Origin: Octopus vulgaris
Lineage: Eukaryota
Direction of reading: 5' to 3'
NCBI GenBank assembly: GCA_951406725.2
Contig: OX597822.1
Coordinates: forward strand, 64,294,001 to 64,358,000
DNA length: 64,000 bases
Shown here: one piece after another, positions 60,384 through 64,000 of the stretch
Layout of the letters: every line of letters begins with the position of its first letter
Numbering within the stretch: the first letter of the stretch is position 1
Notes under the pieces: model-generated
Databases searched by the model: none
Told to the model about the DNA's origin: nothing
The model's input: the letters and a program-made list of their open reading frames with translations, nothing else
Translations under genes and position numbers: made by a program

Positions 60384-60837
60384 TCATCATTGAATCGCTG
60401 TTATTCTCATTAACAATATTACCAACAACAGCAGCAGCAGCAGCAGCAGCGGCGGCAACAGTAGTTGCAGGAACTCAACACCTCGACCATCACCTCGACC
60501 ACGAACACCACCACCACCACGATCTCCCGCCGCTCCCCCTTCCCCACCACCACCAATATCGCTTCTGCGAGATAACTACCACCAATATACTATCGCACCG
60601 CTTCGCAATGATTACCGCCGCCATCATTGCCGCCGCCACCACCATCACCACCAGCACCACCACCAGCACCACGAGCACCACCACCAGCACCACCAACACC
60701 ACCACCACCGCGACCTCCGCCGCCGCCGCCGCCGCCGCCATCTTAGCTTCGCTCATTCTTCAGCGTCGTAATCTTTACGGTGTATTTATTGTTTGTTAGA
60801 GTCAATCGACGTGTCACCATCGCTATTGTTGTTCATC

Positions 60838-60873
<36 letters not shown>

Positions 60874-61113
60874 CACCATTCTCATCATCATCATCATCAT
60901 CATCATCTGCAACAGCAACAACTGCAGCAGCACCATCCGGCAGCAGCACGGGCAACCGCAGCAGTAGAAGTACAAGCAGGGACAGCAGCAGTAGCACCAC
61001 AACAAACGCAGCTGTTAACTACAACCAAACACCTCCACCACCACTATCACCACCACCACTATCACCACCACCACCAACACCAGCATCACCAATACCACCA
61101 ACACCACCAATAC

Positions 61114-61160
<47 letters not shown>

Positions 61161-61587
61161 CCACCACCACCAATACCATCATCACCTCCACGACCACGAC
61201 TTCCACGATCCACCGACATCTGGTTCATTATAAAAAAAAACCTCTTATCTATTAATAAACTCTCCGGGGTTTTTTCTACTCTAGTTCATCACCATGATGA
61301 TGATCATCATCATCGTTGTCATCGTCGTCGTCGTCATCGTCGCCGTCGTGGTCGTCGACGTTGTCGTAGTCACAGTCGTCTGTCGTTTCATACTGAGTTT
61401 TCATCTTTTTCCACATACATACATACATACATACATACATACATACATACATACATACATACATACACACATACATACATACATACATACATACATACAT
61501 GCATGCATGCATACATACATACATACATACATGCATACATACATACATACATGCATACATACATACATACATACATGCATGCATACA

Positions 61588-61661
<74 letters not shown>

Positions 61662-61789
61662 TATATATATTTACCCACACAACTATGTATGTATCTATCT
61701 ATGTATATATACTTACATACATACACACATACATACATACATACATACATACATACATACATACATACATACATACATACATACATAAG

Positions 61790-62532
61790 CACATCCACAA
61801 TTATACATAAACGTGCACAGATGTGAAAATTTGCTGCCCAGCGGACGTTAACATAAAGCTGAAGACCAGTAAAAAAGAGAACACCTATGCTGAACAATTG
61901 AGAAATCTGCAGTTACTCTATCCAGGTTACAAGGTCAGGGATATGTAACACACTGCCTGAATACCAATCTTGAGAAATTAGTCTTCTCAAAACCAGAAAG
62001 GAGAAAGCTAATTCGAAGACTACAGATCCAATCCATCACTGGAACTGTAAAAATCTGTAAGACTTTCCAGAAGTTCATCATTCAAAAATACATATGAGCA
62101 TATCTAGATATGTAACTATATGCATGATAATACATACATAAAACATACAAATCTGCACATACATACATACATACATACATACATACATGCATACATACAT
62201 ACATACGTACATGCATACATACATACGTACATGCATACATACTTACATACATACATACATGCATACATACATACATACATACATGCATACATACATACAT
62301 ACATACATACATACATACATACATGCATACATACATACATACATACATGCATACATACATACATACATACATACATACATACATACGTACATGCATACAT
62401 ACATACATACATGCATACGTACATACAAAAATATCAGTTGTTGATACTGAAATTCCTATGAAGGAACTTTGGATCTAGGTTAGAAACCGGTTCTTTCTCT
62501 ATTGGCGAGAAATCTTGAAATATACTGAATAA
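61790..62532 (+). mobile_element. Decayed CR1-like LINE 3' end plus (TACA)n-containing 3' UTR
   Basis: TYAEQLRNLQLL resembles CR1 SYEERLxxLxL; downstream part matches 1790-2146. Confidence 0.5.
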
Positions 62533-62535
62533 TGA

Positions 62536-62567
62536 TGCAGGAGTGGTTGTGTGGTAAGTAGCTTGCT
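62536..62567 (+). mobile_element. SINE-A head (host of tandem insertions)
   Basis: GCAGGAGTGGTTGTGTGGTAAGTAGCTTGCT. Confidence 0.85.
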
Positions 62568-62791
62568 CTGGCACCAGGTAAGTGTGGCCGGATCAAGAAG
62601 TAAAGGTTCTACCCAGATGGCTGGGATCCGTGCCCTACTGTATAATACCAAATTTTAAAAACTTTATATTGTAAATATTATATATATTTTATTGTAATCA
62701 CCAACGTTTTAAGCTACTACACCCTATATGTTTGTCTGTAATTGTATGTCCCCTCTATGTAACGCCTTAATGGCGAATCTTTCATGAAATA
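62568..62791 (+). mobile_element. 5'-truncated Tx1-like 3' end, TSD AAGTAGCTTGCT
   Basis: TSD 62556-62567 / 62792-62803; tail TGTCCCCTCTATGTAACGCCTTAATGGCGAATC..GAAATA. Confidence 0.8.
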
Positions 62792-62807
62792 AAGTAGCTT
62801 GCTAACC

Positions 62808-64000
62808 TCTGAACTGTTCGGACGTGTTTTTTTTGCTGCTCCAGATGAACGTTGTTTCAACGTGAATTGTTGAACTTTCGACTCGACTAAAGGTAGGAAT
62901 TTTGTATTTTTGCGAGCGAAGTGAAGTTTTATTACTTGCATGAATGTTTTTTAGCATTTAATATTTTTTAGCAAATAATAAGGCTCCACTTTGCTCCGGA
63001 TATAATTTTTCTGCCTGTGTCGAGTGAAAAGAAATTGTATTTTTGAAGCGGCATAGTCCGTCTGAAAAAATTATTGTTGAAATTGTCGTTGTGTTGTCCA
63101 CAGATTACCAAGGATTATTTACCAAGGGTTTTACCAACAGTGCATTTGGCCTGGATTACAATTTTTGGCCGAAGAAGTGGAAAAAAAAAGAACTGAATTC
63201 CTTTGTCTGAATTGAACTCTCTTTCTCTGTCTATTATTTATTTGTAAAAACTTTTTTGAACTGCCATTTTTAATTTTATTTCTTCCCTTCTGTTGCATTT
63301 TTTTCATTCTCCTTTCTGTGGCTAATTTTAGTTTATCATTTTGAACTGTTGTATTTTACGTTATGGCAAAGGCAAAGAATTTCACTGTGTGGGAATTAAC
63401 ACCTCCCAAAAAATATTTGCACGAACTCGAGGAAAAGACCGTGGTGTTGAGGACATATTCAAAGTCACTCGACACCATAATGGTTTTTCCGAGAGACACC
63501 ATTGTGAACGAGCTGGTAGACTATATGCCAGCCGTTAAACATATTCAACGGGGAGTCAAATACGCAACGGTATGGTTGCTATTTGACTCCGCTGAAGCAG
63601 CTTGCAAATTTGCAAGCCAGCCCATTGAGGGCGATGAGATTCTGTTTCTCCCCAGTTACAAGGGGGGAAAATTGTTACGTTTATGGGTCTGTGGCCTGCC
63701 GCCCGGCTTTGAGCCCGAGTGGGTGGAAGATTCCATCCGCCGGGGTCTGAGCGGTGGTAGCGCCAAGATCCTGAATGTGAAAATGCAGCCTGCGGCTAAC
63801 TGGGAAGGAGGAAAGGCTACTTTGACTCTGTGGACCCAGTCGGCCAAGAATCTGGTTTTGCCGGACTTCCTGAAGATGGCCGGGTCCAAGTATCCGGTGA
63901 TGCTAGAGGGACGCGCCCTCAAGTGTCACCTGTGTTCGGAGACCGGCCACATTAAGAAGAAATGCCTCAGGGACCAAAGTAGGATCCTGGAGAAGTTGAT
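62808..64000 (+). mobile_element. 5' part of a second L1/Tx1-type element at the same target (runs off the window)
   Basis: Starts right after AAGTAGCTTGCTAACC; 5' motif TCGGACGTGTTTTTTTGCTGCT shared with the 10084-11554 element; ORF1 downstream. Confidence 0.8.
63363..64000 (+). CDS. Gag-like ORF1 (partial, open to the window end) with CCHC knuckle CHLCSETGHIKKKC
   Basis: Manual translation MAKAKNFTVWEL..EKTVVLRTYSK..RGVKYATVWLLFDSAEAA..LFLPSYKG..GLPPG..LEGRALKCHLC.. with no stops; aligns with the 10416-11468 protein; absent from the ORF track because there is no stop. Confidence 0.85.
   Translation, partial: MAKAKNFTVWELTPPKKYLHELEEKTVVLRTYSKSLDTIMVFPRDTIVNELVDYMPAVKHIQRGVKYATVWLLFDSAEAACKFASQPIEGDEILFLPSYKGGKLLRLWVCGLPPGFEPEWVEDSIRRGLSGGSAKILNVKMQPAANWEGGKATLTLWTQSAKNLVLPDFLKMAGSKYPVMLEGRALKCHLCSETGHIKKKCLRDQSRILEKL

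Noticed and set aside
60793-61233. His/Gln/Ala-rich 146-aa ORF resembling a transcription-factor low-complexity region
   Set aside because: Composed of mixed trinucleotide repeats, non-ATG start, no adjoining domain-coding exon.
63341-63538. Track ORFs 63341-63538 (+) and 63656-63922 (-)
   Set aside because: Alternative frames overlapping the real ORF1 starting at 63363.

Overview
Eukaryotic, repeat-saturated, apparently intergenic or intronic DNA. The microsatellite load ((TA)n, (CA)n, (TACA)n, (TATC)n, (TAA)n, (CAT)n) and the tRNA-headed SINE families look like a coleoid cephalopod (Octopus-like) genome; this is an inference. No host protein-coding exon, true tRNA/rRNA gene or CRISPR array can be supported, and nearly all ORFs in the track are microsatellite translations. 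The real content is: (1) dozens of SINE copies in 3-4 families (my labels A-D); (2) two homologous gag-like zinc-knuckle ORF1 genes of L1/Tx1-type non-LTR elements (10416-11468 minus; 63363 to window end, plus) and a Tx1-type ORF2 fragment; (3) a same-strand stack of R4/Dong-like RLE retrotransposon 3' fragments in (TAA)n; (4) CRE-, CR1- and RTE-like, Tc1/mariner and Helitron remnants; (5) several minimal hammerhead-ribozyme motifs inside inverted-repeat elements. Main discovery: four insertions at three loci sit at the same position (GTGGT|AAGTAGCTTGCT) in the tRNA-like head of SINE-A, all in the host's orientation. They are an ORF1-only element, a 5'-truncated tail, a second ORF1 element and a SINE-B copy. 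The three whose ends are in the window have 12-17 bp target-site duplications and share a covarying 3' stem-loop tail. This points to a SINE-targeting, sequence-specific retrotransposon system with its own non-autonomous hitch-hikers.
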